From Octopus sinensis (taxonomy: Eukaryota): a stretch of DNA of 64,000 nt. A program made the position numbers and the translations under genes. Under the pieces are notes generated by a model. It saw only the letters and a program-made list of their open reading frames with translations. It did no database searches and was not told the origin of the DNA. Each line of letters opens with the position of its first letter. The stretch's first letter is position 1. This document shows, one piece after another, positions 12,612 to 25,246 of the stretch. The stretch spans positions 42,780,001-42,844,000 of the forward strand of contig NC_042999.1 of the NCBI RefSeq assembly GCF_006345805.1, given 5' to 3'.

Positions 12612-13282
12612 ATTTACTCTTTTACTTTTTTAGTTGTTTCAGTCATTTAACTGTGGCCATGCTGGAGCACCACCTTTAGTCGAGCAAATCGACCCCAGGA
12701 CGTATTCTTTGTAAGCCTAGTACTTATCCTATCGGTCTCTTTTGCCGAACCGCTAAGTTACGGCGACATAAACACACCAGCATCGGTTTTCAAGTGATGT
12801 TTGGGGGGGGGGGACAAACACAGACACACAAACATATACACACACATACACATATATATATACATATATACGACGGACTTCTTTCAGTTTCCGTCTACCA
12901 AATCCACTCACAAGGCTTTGGTCGGCCCGAGGCTATAGTAGAAGACACTTGCCCAAGGTGCCACACAGTGGGACTGAACTCGGAACCATATGGCTGGTAA
13001 GCAAGCTACTTACCACACAGCCACTCCTAAACCTATGTTTTATTTATCATTTATTATTTTACTCTTTTACTTGTTTCAGTCATTTGACTGCGGCCATGCT
13101 GGAGCACCGCCTTTAGTCGAGCAAGTCGACCCCGGGACTTATTCTTTGTAAGCCCAGTACTTATTCTATCGGTCTCTTTTGCCGAACCGCTAAGTTACGG
13201 GGACGTAAACACACCAGCATCGGTTGTCAAGCAATGCTAGGGGGACAGACACAGACACACAAACACACACACATACACACAT
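12612..13282 (-). mobile_element. Inverted duplicate of the SINE-A pair at ~11380-12030
   Basis: Same linker and same private variants (gaatacgtcc, ttgaaaaccg, gaaacaactaaa) in reverse orientation. Confidence 0.85.
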
Positions 13283-13739
13283 ATTGTGTCGCTAATCCCC
13301 AACACAAACAACAGCTGGCATATCTTTTGGTTTAGGCCTTCTTGATCAGAGTTAACCTGAAAGATTCAAAACAAGAACGATTACAACGTAAACAGGAACA
13401 CCCAAAACGTCAGCAAGATCATTCCGTAATACTGGCAAAGTTGAAGTATTTCAGGGTTGATGGGCTCTTAATTTTATGTCTATAAGCGTTGGTGCTTGTC
13501 TGTTTATCTCGAATTAAGCTTACCATTTCTCAACGAGTCATTTTTCAAAATTTGCGCACAGCTCCAAAGTCATCCTATCATATTGTGTAAAGAAGAAAAA
13601 TGCCGAGTTAAAGCCTACCCCACTGGAAAGGAAGAGTAAAACAGAAAGGATTCAAGAAAAAGAGATGTTGAAAGACTGATAGTTGTAATAAGGTGATAGT
13701 TTAGTAGGCATGTTAGTGTTGGGTAGAGGAACGTCGTAC

Positions 13740-13965
13740 GTTTATGGCAGAAACGTTAGCACACCGGGCGAAATGCGCAGCCGTTTTTCGTCTGTCGTTA
13801 CGTTCCGAGTTCAAATTCCGCCGAGGTTGACTTGGCCTTTCATCTTTTCGGGGTCGATAAATAAAGTACCAGTTACGAACTGGGGTCGATATAATCGACT
13901 TAATCCCTTTGTCTGTCCTTGTTTGTCCCCTCTATGTTTAGCCCCTTGTGGGTAGTAAAGAAATA
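13740..13965 (+). mobile_element. SINE-B monomer with the ...gtgggtagtaaagaaata tail
   Basis: Family head, core and tail. Confidence 0.85.
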
Positions 13966-14487
13966 TATAATGTCAAACTGTTTTTCTTTAATCTGTCTCT
14001 CTTTAGGTATCCCCTTCCCTCTCTCTTTCTGTCATGTTCTAATTCTTTCTCTCTCACACATACATGCACACACACACACACATAGACGCGCACACACACA
14101 CACACATACACGCACACACGCGCACACCCACCCACGCACGTACACATTCTTTCATCTCACTTAGCAGTGACGCTAAAGTGCGTGCCAGCCTTTGAGTTTG
14201 CCATCCCTTTCTCCTATACAGACTTATTCAGCAGATCTGAAAGAGCGCCCCACCGCATAAAAGTGTCGGTCAGGAAGGACCACCCCACATCCCCGCTATG
14301 TTACTGCCTTTTAGATAAGACTGTGTAGACAGCATGCATTGGAAGTCAGTGGTTGCTAAAATTTCTCCTTTAAGTGTCATACCTTCGAAAAGTTAGAATG
14401 CAGTTTCAAATAACACGGAAGGCAGAAAACAATTCGGAAGGTAGAAAACAATTCTTGATTGTTTCACGTTTAAATTTGTTTGTATAT

Positions 14488-14555
<68 letters not shown>

Positions 14556-15666
14556 ATATATATGTATATATATAATATATGTATATGTAATATATATATA
14601 TATGTACATATATATATATATATATATATGGTCGAATTTGCCTTGAATTACTCCCTGGGAGTAATTGAAGGGAGACTCATTGTAGTGCATGTTGAATAAT
14701 GACGTCCTAGATAGACCATATCTGGAGAAATGACATGATAGTCCCCGGTGGAAACATCTTTGATAAGTTTGGTCGATTACAGTTGATCTAGGAGCTAAAT
14801 GACAACAACGATGAAAACCGTCCTACACTTTTACAAACATTTTCAGTTGTATAACAGTTCGAAACAGCAACGGTTGATTAGAAACGACAGGCTAAACGAA
14901 CTGTTACCAGTTGTTAAATTTCATACTTCTGAGGCAGCTAATATAAAATGCCAGTTGACTTCCTGAGTTGATGTAACCAACTATAGCATACCCACTCCCT
15001 TAAATTTGAGTCCTTTCGTCTATGTTAGAAATCAATGCTTTATTAATGTAGGATACCAGTTGAAGAGATTTTGGCAGTAGTTTATATTGATTACAATATG
15101 ATTATCAGCAAGCTCGACTTGGGATACAATAATTAAATAGGCGGATTATTTCGAGTAGCAGAAAGAGTCCTTTTCTTAAACAAGTATCCCATAGGGACGA
15201 GATCACTAATTTAATTAAGCGGGAATTGATGGGTCCGATAAATAGTAATTAAATTACAGCGGTGGGATTAGAAAGGGCATTTGCAAGTGTGCAGGTAACA
15301 ATAATCCAACGGCAGAGAACAATTAAGAATATGATAGCTAAATTATAAGAGGTTGTCGCTGTTAGCTCAGATAGGGTTTGATCGAACAGACATATGACAA
15401 AAAGCGTTGTAGTCGTGATCTCCCCGTGTTCTTTTTAATCTATGTCTACAGTATTCATTTTGTTGTTGTTTCTTTAAAACACAATATGATGAAATTTCAG
15501 GGAGATTTGACTGATATCTTTTAGAAGACCAAGCAAATACGTAGAGGTTCTTTCGTTGCTTTGCGAATACAAACTATTGGAGATTTTTGTTGGTAGTGTA
15601 ACTGTATTTGGTTCATAAGAGTAACTGTGTTAGATTCCTGAATGGGTCACTATCATTTTACAACTA

Positions 15667-16230
15667 TTGGGTTGTCCGGAAAGTTCGTGCCGATTTTTAA
15701 AGGAAAGAAAAAAGGTCAATAAATACTTGCCATTACATTTTTATCAACCAAATATGAACCATTTTGTTGCACAATGCGTCTCCATCTTTCCTTTACCTTG
15801 AAAATACCCTCTTCCCAGAATTGAGGTAGTTTCGTGGCAAAGAATTCGTCAAGGTATCTTTTTACGTCATCCAAGGAATTGAAATTTTTACCATTAAGAC
15901 TATTCTGCAGAGACCTGAATAAGTGGAAATCCGAAGGAGCAATATCTGGTGAATATGGAATGAGGTAACACATCCCAGCCGATCTGCAGCAATTTTTGTC
16001 TGGTTCCCAAAACATCAAGTGCCGAAAATGAACTTTCTTATCTTCCATTTTAAAGGTTTACAGAATTAACACAGGTTATAGGAACATAAACCTTCTTTCA
16101 CGAAAAGATAGCTTAAACTATGCTCTAAATGGAGGTGTAGTCAAATCCTATTTTATGGACTCAACCATGTTCTAAAATAAGCCGAAATATAAGCTGCTAT
16201 AAATCGGCACGAACTTTCCGGACAACCCAA
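15667..16230 (-). mobile_element. Internally deleted mariner (564 bp) with perfect 30-bp TIRs
   Basis: TIR ttgggttgtccggaaagttcgtgccgattt at both ends, TA/TG flanks; ORF 15716-16048 joins MEDKKVHFRHLMFWE to YSPDIAPSDFHLFRSLQ. Confidence 0.92.
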
Positions 16231-16239
16231 TGCATTCCA

Positions 16240-16900
16240 GTTTTCAGACATTTTCAGGAGAGATATTCATTAATTTCAGAGTAGAACACTCTAAGCCCCT
16301 TCACAGTTGGATCCTCTGACTTCAATGCTCTTGTTTAGCTCTCCAGTCACTTTATCAAGGCCCCATGTAAGTTCTCCAAAGTGAAGATATCCAGGACCCT
16401 TGTCATAGCCTCCTTCATCTTCAAACCGACTGCCTTTGAGGTTCTTCAGCTTGGGGAACAACCAAAATCCACAGGGAGAAAAGTCTGGACTGTAGGATGA
16501 TTAAGGGGCAGTTTTGATGCCCATTTCCTTCAAGTAGTTGGTTCCCATCATGTTCATCACTGAGCGCCCGGAGAACAAACTTTGCACAAATGTGCAGATC
16601 TTCATGAATGATTCAGTGTACAGTTGCCACACCAACTCCAAACTGTATGATTGTAGCCTTTACAAACATACAACGATCATCCAAAAAAATAACAAATTTT
16701 CTGAACCAGTTCTGATGTTCTAACTTGCCTCTCCTTCCCATACCTCTCATTGTCTCTCACCTGCTTTCTACTGTCTCTTGTGCCACCGAAAAAAGCATTT
16801 CATAACTTTCTGTAGCATTTTCTCCTAGTTTAGCACTAAATTTTGCTGCATAGCGAATTTACAAACGTCCGACTACATTATACAAACTGGTCGGCTATGA
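16240..16900 (-). mobile_element. Older decayed mariner fragment
   Basis: YLKEMGIKTAP*SSYSPDFSPCGFWLFPKLK. Confidence 0.65.
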
Positions 16901-16996
16901 CAAATAATGTTCAAATACTGTTATAATTATCTCCTTCAATTTGAAATAAGAAAAGTAAACAGGTCAGCTTATTAGATGTATAAAAAAAATAATATA

Positions 16997-17240
16997 AATG
17001 CGCCCATTTAAAGCCTAGCCAGGCTCATGGGCCCCGGATTCCCGGTTTCAATGGCGTATGTGTTCCCTAGCTGGACGAGACGCCAGTCCATCGCAGCGTT
17101 ACTCATTTTTGCCAGCTGAGCGGACTGGAGCAACGTGAAATAAAGTGTTTTGCTCAAGAACGCAACTTGTCGCCCGGTCCAGGAATCGAAATCACAATCA
17201 TGATGCTGATACCCTAACCACTAAGCCACGCGACTCCACC
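16997..17240 (-). mobile_element. tRNA-derived SINE (family C head, alternative tail) with 13-bp TSD
   Basis: tggcttagtggttagg...ttcgattcc boxes; tattagatgtata at 16970-16982 and 17241-17253. Confidence 0.8.
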
Positions 17241-17837
17241 TATTAGATGTATAGTAATGATATACTAAAATGACAATAATCTAGGATAATTATAATTCCC
17301 TTTCCTAAAAATTCTCAAAACTTCTGGAATGCACCTCGTAACACAAACGTTGTGTGCTTAGACTCAAGTTACGTTCTCTATAGTATGAACAGTTGAACAT
17401 AGTTTCTTGGTTTAAAGTTAAGGAGTTGCAGTATAGCAATAATTCTACAAGTCGGTGTTTGTAGCTTAGAGAATGCATCTGTACAACTTACAAAACCGAA
17501 CAGATTTATATGGGCATTCAGGCAGCTCCACATCAAAGCGACTTGTTAACAACGGGCCAAGAAGCAAACTGCAGTTACGAATCCGCCCCTATTGTAGGGT
17601 CACTAGATCTGCTAGAAATAATAGACAACTTTCTTTCAAACTAAACTGATTCTTTCACAATATGACCCAGTGAATAATGTTTGCTTAGAGTACACACTTC
17701 CTGGAAAAAATGTTGGTATAGACATGGCTTGAACGCCCTTGATCATTAGTTTTCTTCATCGGAATTGATCGGGCAAAGATGAAGTATCAGAAGCTTATAT
17801 ATGTATGTATATGTATATATATATGCATGCATGTATG

Positions 17838-17911
<74 letters not shown>

Positions 17912-17912
<1 letters not shown>

Positions 17913-18103
17913 TTTATATCAAAGCAGCAGAAATTCAACAAAACCTGTTACTCGGAACAACAACTGTCCGACGAACGGGAACGTGAAACTCCGAGTAACA
18001 GGTTTTGTTGAATTTCTGCTGCTTTTAAATAAAGCATATTACTCTACCCCTGGTATTTGAGTACTCTTTTTCCACCTTGTTACATATTTATGTGTTTACT
18101 CCA
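17912..18103 (+). mobile_element. Penelope-like fragment in (TA)n with 45-bp inverted 5' duplication and hammerhead motif (17964-18001)
   Basis: Arms 17912-17956 and 17990-18034; ctgt-CCGACGA-acg ggaa cgt-GAAA-ctccgag-TA-acag. Confidence 0.65.
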
Positions 18104-18119
18104 GTATATATATATATAT

Positions 18120-18153
<34 letters not shown>

Positions 18154-18217
18154 AATATATGTGTGTATGTATGTATGTATGTATGTATGTATGTATGTAT
18201 GTATGTATGTGTATGTA

Positions 18218-18373
18218 GGACTGGCTGTGTGGTAAGTAGCTCGCTTACGAACCACATGGTTCCAGGTTCAGTCCCACTGCGTGGCACCTTGGGCAAGTCT
18301 CTTCTACTATAGCCTCGGGCCGACCAAAGCCTTGTGAGTGGATTTGGTAAACGGAAACTTAAAGAAGCCCGTC

Positions 18374-18421
<48 letters not shown>

Positions 18422-18645
18422 GTGTGTGTATATGTTTGTGCCTCTGTTTGTCCCCCCCAACATCGCTTGACAACCGATGCTGGTGTGTTTAAGTCCCCAT
18501 AACTTAGCGGTTCGGCAAAAAAGACCGATAGAATAAGTACTAGGCTTACAAAGAATAAGTCCTGGGGTCGATTTGCTCGACTAAAGGTGGTGCTCCAGCA
18601 TGGTCACAATAAGATGACTGAAACCAGTAAAAGAATAAAAAGAGT
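18218..18645 (+). mobile_element. SINE-A
   Basis: Family motifs. Confidence 0.85.
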
Positions 18646-20301
18646 ATATATATATATTCTGGAATGTTAATCTTCTTTGATATTATCTTGGTCGATGTAT
18701 ATATAACCAAAGATTTGAACTGTGAGATTCTTCGAATTAACTGAAATGTAACATTTGCAGACATTTTTGCTTTTCTTTCTTTTTTTATGGCATGTAGACT
18801 CATCCGCTTCGAACTGCAGAGTGTTAAGGTCTCAACAGTGTGCAAAGGTTAATTAGAAGAAGGTTAATAAGAAGAAAATCTTATCACTTGCTTGGCCATG
18901 TGAAACTCTCACAAACGTACAGGAAGACTTCAGAGAAATTGTTTAAAAGTGTACATTTAACTTGTTCAAACGTCTTACAGATCTTACACTCCATTAATGT
19001 GTATTGTAAAGGCTGACGTAATGGCATTCCTCTAAAGCCAGTCGATAATCATCGTTCAATAGGCTTGTATGAACATGTATTTATGTCTGTACGTACGTAC
19101 CTATGTATGTGTATTTAGTAATATATAGACATGGGAAATTACAAGTGTGTGCGCTTAAGAAAAGTCCGTCTCTGCCCAGTAACCTCGCTGTTATTAACCA
19201 CACTAGTGATTTACATCAGTAAAGGCCACCGTGAAATTATTGCAGGTTATAGCTAGGTTACAACACATTAAAACTATTCCAGTAAACGCTCAATAGACTT
19301 CCAAACAACTTATCAACAAGTTTTCAATCAAATAGTTCTTTTAATGTAATTAAACACCTACCGAGAGTAAGCTTGCTTCACTGAAATCAATACTGCCTGC
19401 TATCGGGCTGCTTTCGTTAATAGATGGAATAATTTACTGTTACAGATAAGAAGATTCTTTTCAACAGTAAACTTGATAATATTTATAGAAACCAATACCC
19501 ATTCCAATAGCTGCAAATAAAATAAATAATTGTCTTTGAAATTATAACTTGAAGAAGATCTGATAGTTAAAACAAAACCATAATTCGGGAAGAAATTTTT
19601 ATTGGTGTTGGATATAATCGATTGAATCGACACGAGTTTATTACTGATACTTATTTGATTGATTATCGATACATGAAAGACGGGATTTAAGATCAGAACG
19701 GCAAGAGTATTCGAAAGAGATACTAAAATATCCCTTGTAAAGTTCTATTTATCACCTCCTCTACAAGACTTAGGAAAGCTTAAATATCGTGATATCGGTT
19801 GGCACTGGAGACTGGCGAGAAAGTCATATCGGCGATATGAAAATTGATGGTGGCGTGTGGAGGGTAATTGATAACCAGTCTTTATTACTTCTGCTGTAGA
19901 GTTGTAATGAAGCCATGTGGAGTAGTGGTTTGCATGTTGAGTCATGATCTCTAAAGTTGTGAGTTCGATTCTCGGTCTGGGTTGTGCGTTGCGTTCTTGA
20001 GCAAGGCACTGGCATTTCACGCTGCTTCAGTTCACTCAACAAGAAACAAATACTAGGGGCTTAACTCTGCGTCAGACTGGGGTCCCGTTCAGTATGGTAT
20101 TGGATGGAGGTCGTACACGCAGTCACTTCAACGCCACAAAAAAAAAACGAGATAATAATGGTTGATTTTGGCCTTGTACTCCATTAGAGCGTTGCTGATC
20201 ATGTTGACATTCTTGATTTCTGATAGTTTGACAGTAACGTCATCGACTCATTCCGATGCGAATCTTCCGCATCCTATTATGCAATGCCTCTAGTTGTCGT
20301 T

Positions 20302-20641
20302 GTGAAGGCGCATGGCTCAGTGGTTAGAGCATCGAGCTTACGATCGTGAGGTTGTGAGCTCCAATCCCGGACCGGGCTGCGTGTTGTGTTCTTGAGCAAG
20401 GCACTTTATTTCACGTTGCTCCAGTTCACTCAGCTGTAGAAATGAGCTGCAACATCACAGATGCCAAGCTGTATCGACCTTTGTCTTTCCCTTGGATAAC
20501 ACTGGTGGCGTGGAAAGGGGAGGCTGGTATGCATGGGCGACTGCTGGTCATCCATAAACAACCTCGCCCGGACTTGTGTCTAGGAGGGTAACTTTCTAGG
20601 TGCAATCTCATGGTCTGTGTCGTCACCGAAGGGGGTCTCCG
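20302..20641 (+). mobile_element. tRNA-derived SINE family C, full-length, with TSD
   Basis: A box tggctcagtggttagagc; flanked by agttgtcgtt(gt); second copy at 40779-41115; degenerate head at ~19910-20040. Confidence 0.85.
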
Positions 20642-20659
20642 AGTTGTCGTTGTAGTAGC

Positions 20660-21640
20660 TCAAGAGTCAGTACACACAGAAGAGAGGAGAAGGTACGACT
20701 GTGACGAACCATGAATGATACTGAATGCTTCTGGGAGATGGCCATTAATTCTAATCACCCAGATGCTGCTGTAAATCGTGGTGATCCAGCCCTTGAAGAA
20801 AGTTGCTAACTGGATAACTGATAGGTATTGGTGGTCGACCCTATCGGAAACCTTTGATTTAACTAAGTTGATCAATGCCCTACCCCTGCCAGGTTGCTTA
20901 CCCACCCTGTCGATGACGTATTGCGTGAGGTGAAGGTTGTGCAGTTACATCTGTCTGAGATGGTGTATGTTTGTGAATCACCAATCAGATCACAGACGAG
21001 CGTTAGTCTCTTCGTTAACATATTGATCAAGATGTTGAAATCTGCGTTTAGCAGAGTTATAGGTTGAAAATGATTTTTTTTTCAGTGGGTCGTGGCGGTA
21101 GTGCTGCTGAGTCCATTCCCAACAACATTACCACACACCTCGACTCACAGAACTGGGGATTCAACCATTGTGCTGTCACTTGTGGAAGGTGTCTGCCAAG
21201 AGGCCGCCGAACAAGTCTGACATGTAAACATAAAGCTGGTAAAGTAAACCATCCAAACCGGGCGACCTGTTCCCCTGCAGCTAGTCATCTCTTACCCTAT
21301 TTCTGCGGCTGTTATTGGCTTTTCGCAACACTGCATCCGCTGCTAAGAGTTATGGTTGTCTGTTGAGGTAGGTATTGAAGACCATCCTGCGAATTGGTGT
21401 ACCACTTGCCCCGAACAGTGAATCAAAGTACCATTGAAAACCCGCACAGATCTGTCTGAAATTGAATAGCACGCGCTCATTATTGTTCACCAACAGTTTA
21501 ATGGCGCTTATGTTGCCACATTGCACCTCTGCCACTCAGGTCCCCCGAACGAATTTTCGTTTCTTCGGGGTATTAAAGGCAATGCAGCCTTCATATATCG
21601 AGTTGAAGAATTGGTCGAGGGTCAATCTCGCCCCAAATAC
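20660..21640 (-). mobile_element. Decayed Tx1/L1-clade LINE RT fragment
   Basis: SPGLDGL, PITLLNADFNIL, LINLVKSKVSDRVDHQYL, IRINGHLPEAFSI motifs. Confidence 0.75.
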
Positions 21641-21740
21641 GCTGGTCACGTTACCAAACCTTAAAGCCTTTCCTCAGTTTCGTCCGTCTTCACGTTCTGA
21701 GTTCAAATTTGCCTTTCATCTTTTTGAGGTTGATAAAATA

Positions 21741-23920
21741 AGTACCAGTTGAACACTTACCCCTCATTCGAAATTGCGGGCCTTGTTCCAGAATTTGCAA
21801 TCAATATTAAAAATATAGTAGTATTTTTAAAACATCAAATGGCTATGTGAGTCCAAGTCCAGTAGGGTAAGATAGGAATCACAGGGGGCCTTGGGTAAAA
21901 AATTGGTGAGAATCACAAGGAGTGACTGTGTGGTAAGTAGCTTGCTAACCAACCACATGGTTCCGGGTTCAGTCCCACTGCGTGGCATCTTGGGCAAGTG
22001 TCTTCTGCTATAGCTCCGGGCCGACCAATGCCTTGTGAGTGGATTTGATAGACGGAAACTAAAAGAAGCCTGTCGTATATATATATATAAGTGTGTGTTT
22101 ATATATTTGCGTGTCTGTGTTTGTCCCCCTAGCATTGCTTGACAACCGATGCTGGTGTGTTTACGTCTCCGTAACCTAGCGGTTCGGCAAAAGAGACCGA
22201 TAGAATAAGTACTGGGCTTACAAAGAATAAGTCCCGGGGTCGATTTGCTCGACTAAAGGCGGTGCTCCAGCATGGCCGCAGTCAAATGACTGAAACAGGT
22301 AAAAGAGTAAAAGAGTAAAGAGTACAATTGTTCACTAGTTCTTTGTTGCTTGTTGTTAGCACGCTGGGCGAAATGCTTAGCGGTATTTCGTCTGTCGTTA
22401 CGTTCTGAGTTCAAATTCCGTCGAGGTCGACTTTGCCTTTCATCCTTTCGGGGTCGATAAATAGAGTACCACTTCGCACTGGGGTCGATGTAATCGACTT
22501 AATCCCTTTGTCTGTCCTTGTTTGTCCCCTCTGTGTTTAGCCCCTTGTGGGTAGTAAAGAAATACGTATTTCGTCTGTCGTTACGTTCTGAGTTCAAATT
22601 CCGCCGAGGTCGACTTTGCCTTTCATCCTTTCGGGGTCGATAAATAGAGTACCAGTTTCGCACTGGGGTCGATGTAATCGACTTAATCCCTTTGTCTGTC
22701 CTTGTTTGTCCCCTCTGTGTTTAGCCCCTTGTGGGTAGTAAAGAAATAGGTATTTCGTCTGTCGTTACGTTCTGAGTTCAAATTCCGCCGAGGTCGACTT
22801 TGCCTTTCATCCTTTCGGGGTCGATAAATAAGTACCAGTTGAACACTTACCCCTCATTCGAAATTGCGGGCCTTGTTCCAGAATTTGCAATCAATATTAA
22901 AAATATAGTAGTATTTTTAAAACATCAAATGGCTATGTGAGTCCAAGTCCAGTAGGGTAAGATAGGAATCACAGGGGGCCTTGGGTAAAAAATTGGTGAG
23001 AATCACAAGGAGTGACTGTGTGGTAAGTAGCTTGCTAACCAACCACATGGTTCCGGTTCAGTCCCACTGCGTGGCATCTTGGGCAAGTGTCTTCTGCTAT
23101 AGCTCCGGGCCGACCAATGCCTTGTGAGTGGATTTGATAGACGGAAACTAAAAGAAGCCTGTCGTATATATATATATATAAGTGTGTGTTTATATATTTG
23201 CGTGTCTGTGTTTGTCCCCCTAGCATTGCTTGACAACCGATGCTGGTGTGTTTACGTCTCCGTAACCTAGCGGTTCGGCAAAAGAGACCGATAGAATAAG
23301 TACTGGGCTTACAAAGAATAAGTCCCGGGGTCGATTTGCTCGACTAAAGGCGGTGCTCCAGCATGGCCGCAGTCAAATGACTGAAACAGGTAAAAGAGTA
23401 AAAGAGTAAAGAGTACAATTGTTCACTAGTTCTTTGTTGCTTGTTGTTAGCACGCTGGGCGAAATGCTTAGCGGTATTTCGTCTGTCGTTACGTTCTGAG
23501 TTCAAATTCCGTCGAGGTCGACTTTGCCTTTCATCCTTTCGGGGTCGATAAATAGAGTACCAGTTTCGCACTGGGGTCGATGTAATCGACTTAATCCCTT
23601 TGTCTGTCCTTGTTTGTCCCCTCTGTGTTTAGCCCCTTGTGGGTAGTAAAGAAATACGTATTTCGTCTGTCGTTACGTTCTGAGTTCAAATTCCGCCGAG
23701 GTCGACTTTGCCTTTCATCCTTTCGGGGTCGATAAATAAAGTACCAGTTTCGCACTGGGGTCGATGTAATCGACTTAATCCCTTTGTCTGTGTCCTTGTT
23801 TGTCCCCTCTATGTTTAGCCCCTTGTGGGCAGTAAAGAAATAGGTATTTCGTCTGCCGCTACGTTCTGAGTTCAAATTCCTCCGAGGTCGACTTTGCCTT
23901 TCATCCTTTCGGGGTCGATA
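21741..23920 (+). repeat. Recent ~1.09-kb tandem duplication containing SINE-A and SINE-B arrays
   Basis: Non-SINE spacer and SINE-A at 21741-22360 recur almost identically from 22831. Confidence 0.9.
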
Positions 23921-24212
23921 AATAAAGTACCAGTTTCGCACTGGGGTCGATGTAATCGACTTAATCCCTTTGTCTGTCCTTGTTTGTCCCCTCTGTGTTT
24001 AGCCCCTTGTGGGTAGTAAAGAAATACGTATTTCGTCTGTCGTTACGTTCTGAGTTCAAATTCCGCCGAGGTCGACTTTGCCTTTCATCCTTTCGGGGTC
24101 GATAAATAAAGTACCAGTTTCGCACTGGGGGTCGATATAATCGACTTAATTCCTTTGTCTGTCCTTGTTTGTCCCCTCTATGTTTAGCCCCTTGTGGGCA
24201 GTAAAGAAATAT
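23445..24212 (+). mobile_element. SINE-B tetramer (one head + four ~184-bp units); shorter array at 22355-22895
   Basis: Junction aaagaaata(g/c)gtatttcg repeated. Confidence 0.9.
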
Positions 24213-24827
24213 ATTTATCACCGTGTAGTTTATGAGGTTTCTTTGTTCGCTTTGCGATTGTTGGTTGTGGTGCTCACGGCGTTGTTTGCGATGGTGGTGT
24301 TGGAGTTAGTGTCGGTATTATACTCACTTCAAGTCTTCTTCCAAATCTTCCAACTTTTTGTGAGGGCAGATTTCCCTCTGTGTGTGTGTGTGTGTGTGTT
24401 TACTGCTTGTTTGTCTCTGCATCCTCCTGAGTATGTTGCAGTAAGCTTAATGGTACAGTTATTCCATTCTGGGTTAGAAAATGTTCAGCAATAGAGAAAT
24501 TGATTCTTGCATTCGAACAGTGATAACGAAACCATTAACAGTTATTTTTGCTTGCCACGGCGCGCTGGTGTTTTATTAATGGTGCTAGTATTAATAGCGG
24601 TCGTCGTGGTGGTTGAGTCTATAATGTTTGTTGCTGTGCTGTCACTACCATTATATATATTTTTTTTTTCGTCGGTCTCATTATCAACTTTGTTGGTTGT
24701 AGTTGTTGTCGCTATCGCTATCTATTGCAGTGGTGGCGGTGGGAGAGCAGCAGCGGTACCGGTGACAGTGATGGCAGCGGCGGCGACGGTGGCGGCGGAG
24801 GCAGTGGCGGCAGCGGCGACCGGAAGG

Positions 24828-25190
24828 TGAGGTACAGATGATGGTGAGTGCGAGGGGCATATCGCCTGGGTTTGATGGTCTTACCGTACGAGCTTTATGG
24901 TTATCTGCCAGACTTATTTATCACAATTGGTAGCAGACCTGGAACATTCCAAGTAGTGATAGCTGGGGGAAAAAAGTGGTATTGTTGACGAAGGACGCAA
25001 GCAACGGGCGGCGGAGGGCATCAGTGACAATTACTGGCTTATAACTCCGCTGAACGCAAACTTTAAAATTTTGTTCAAGGCGCTTGCGAAGACGTTGGCA
25101 GTTACCGTCGAAAGTGTTGTCCCTAGCTCCAATTTTTATCTGATCTCTACTGCTAATATCCTCTGCGCGTACAGGTTGTCATATCGTGAC
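24828..25190 (+). mobile_element. Decayed Tx1/L1 LINE RT fragment (5' piece)
   Basis: SPGFDGL(P)YELY and NYWLITPLNANFKILFKALAKTL. Confidence 0.65.
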
Positions 25191-25192
25191 GC

Positions 25193-25245
<53 letters not shown>

Positions 25246-25246
<1 letters not shown>

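Noticed and set aside
20302-20380. tRNA genes at SINE heads
   Set aside because: A/B boxes continue into a SINE body with TSDs; no intact cloverleaf
22355-24212. CRISPR-like regular repeats
   Set aside because: Units are whole SINE bodies with no unique spacers and no cas genes; eukaryotic context
23344-24221. Recurrent ORF MRNWY..RPRKDERQSRPRRNLNSE
   Set aside because: Antisense translation of the SINE-B core
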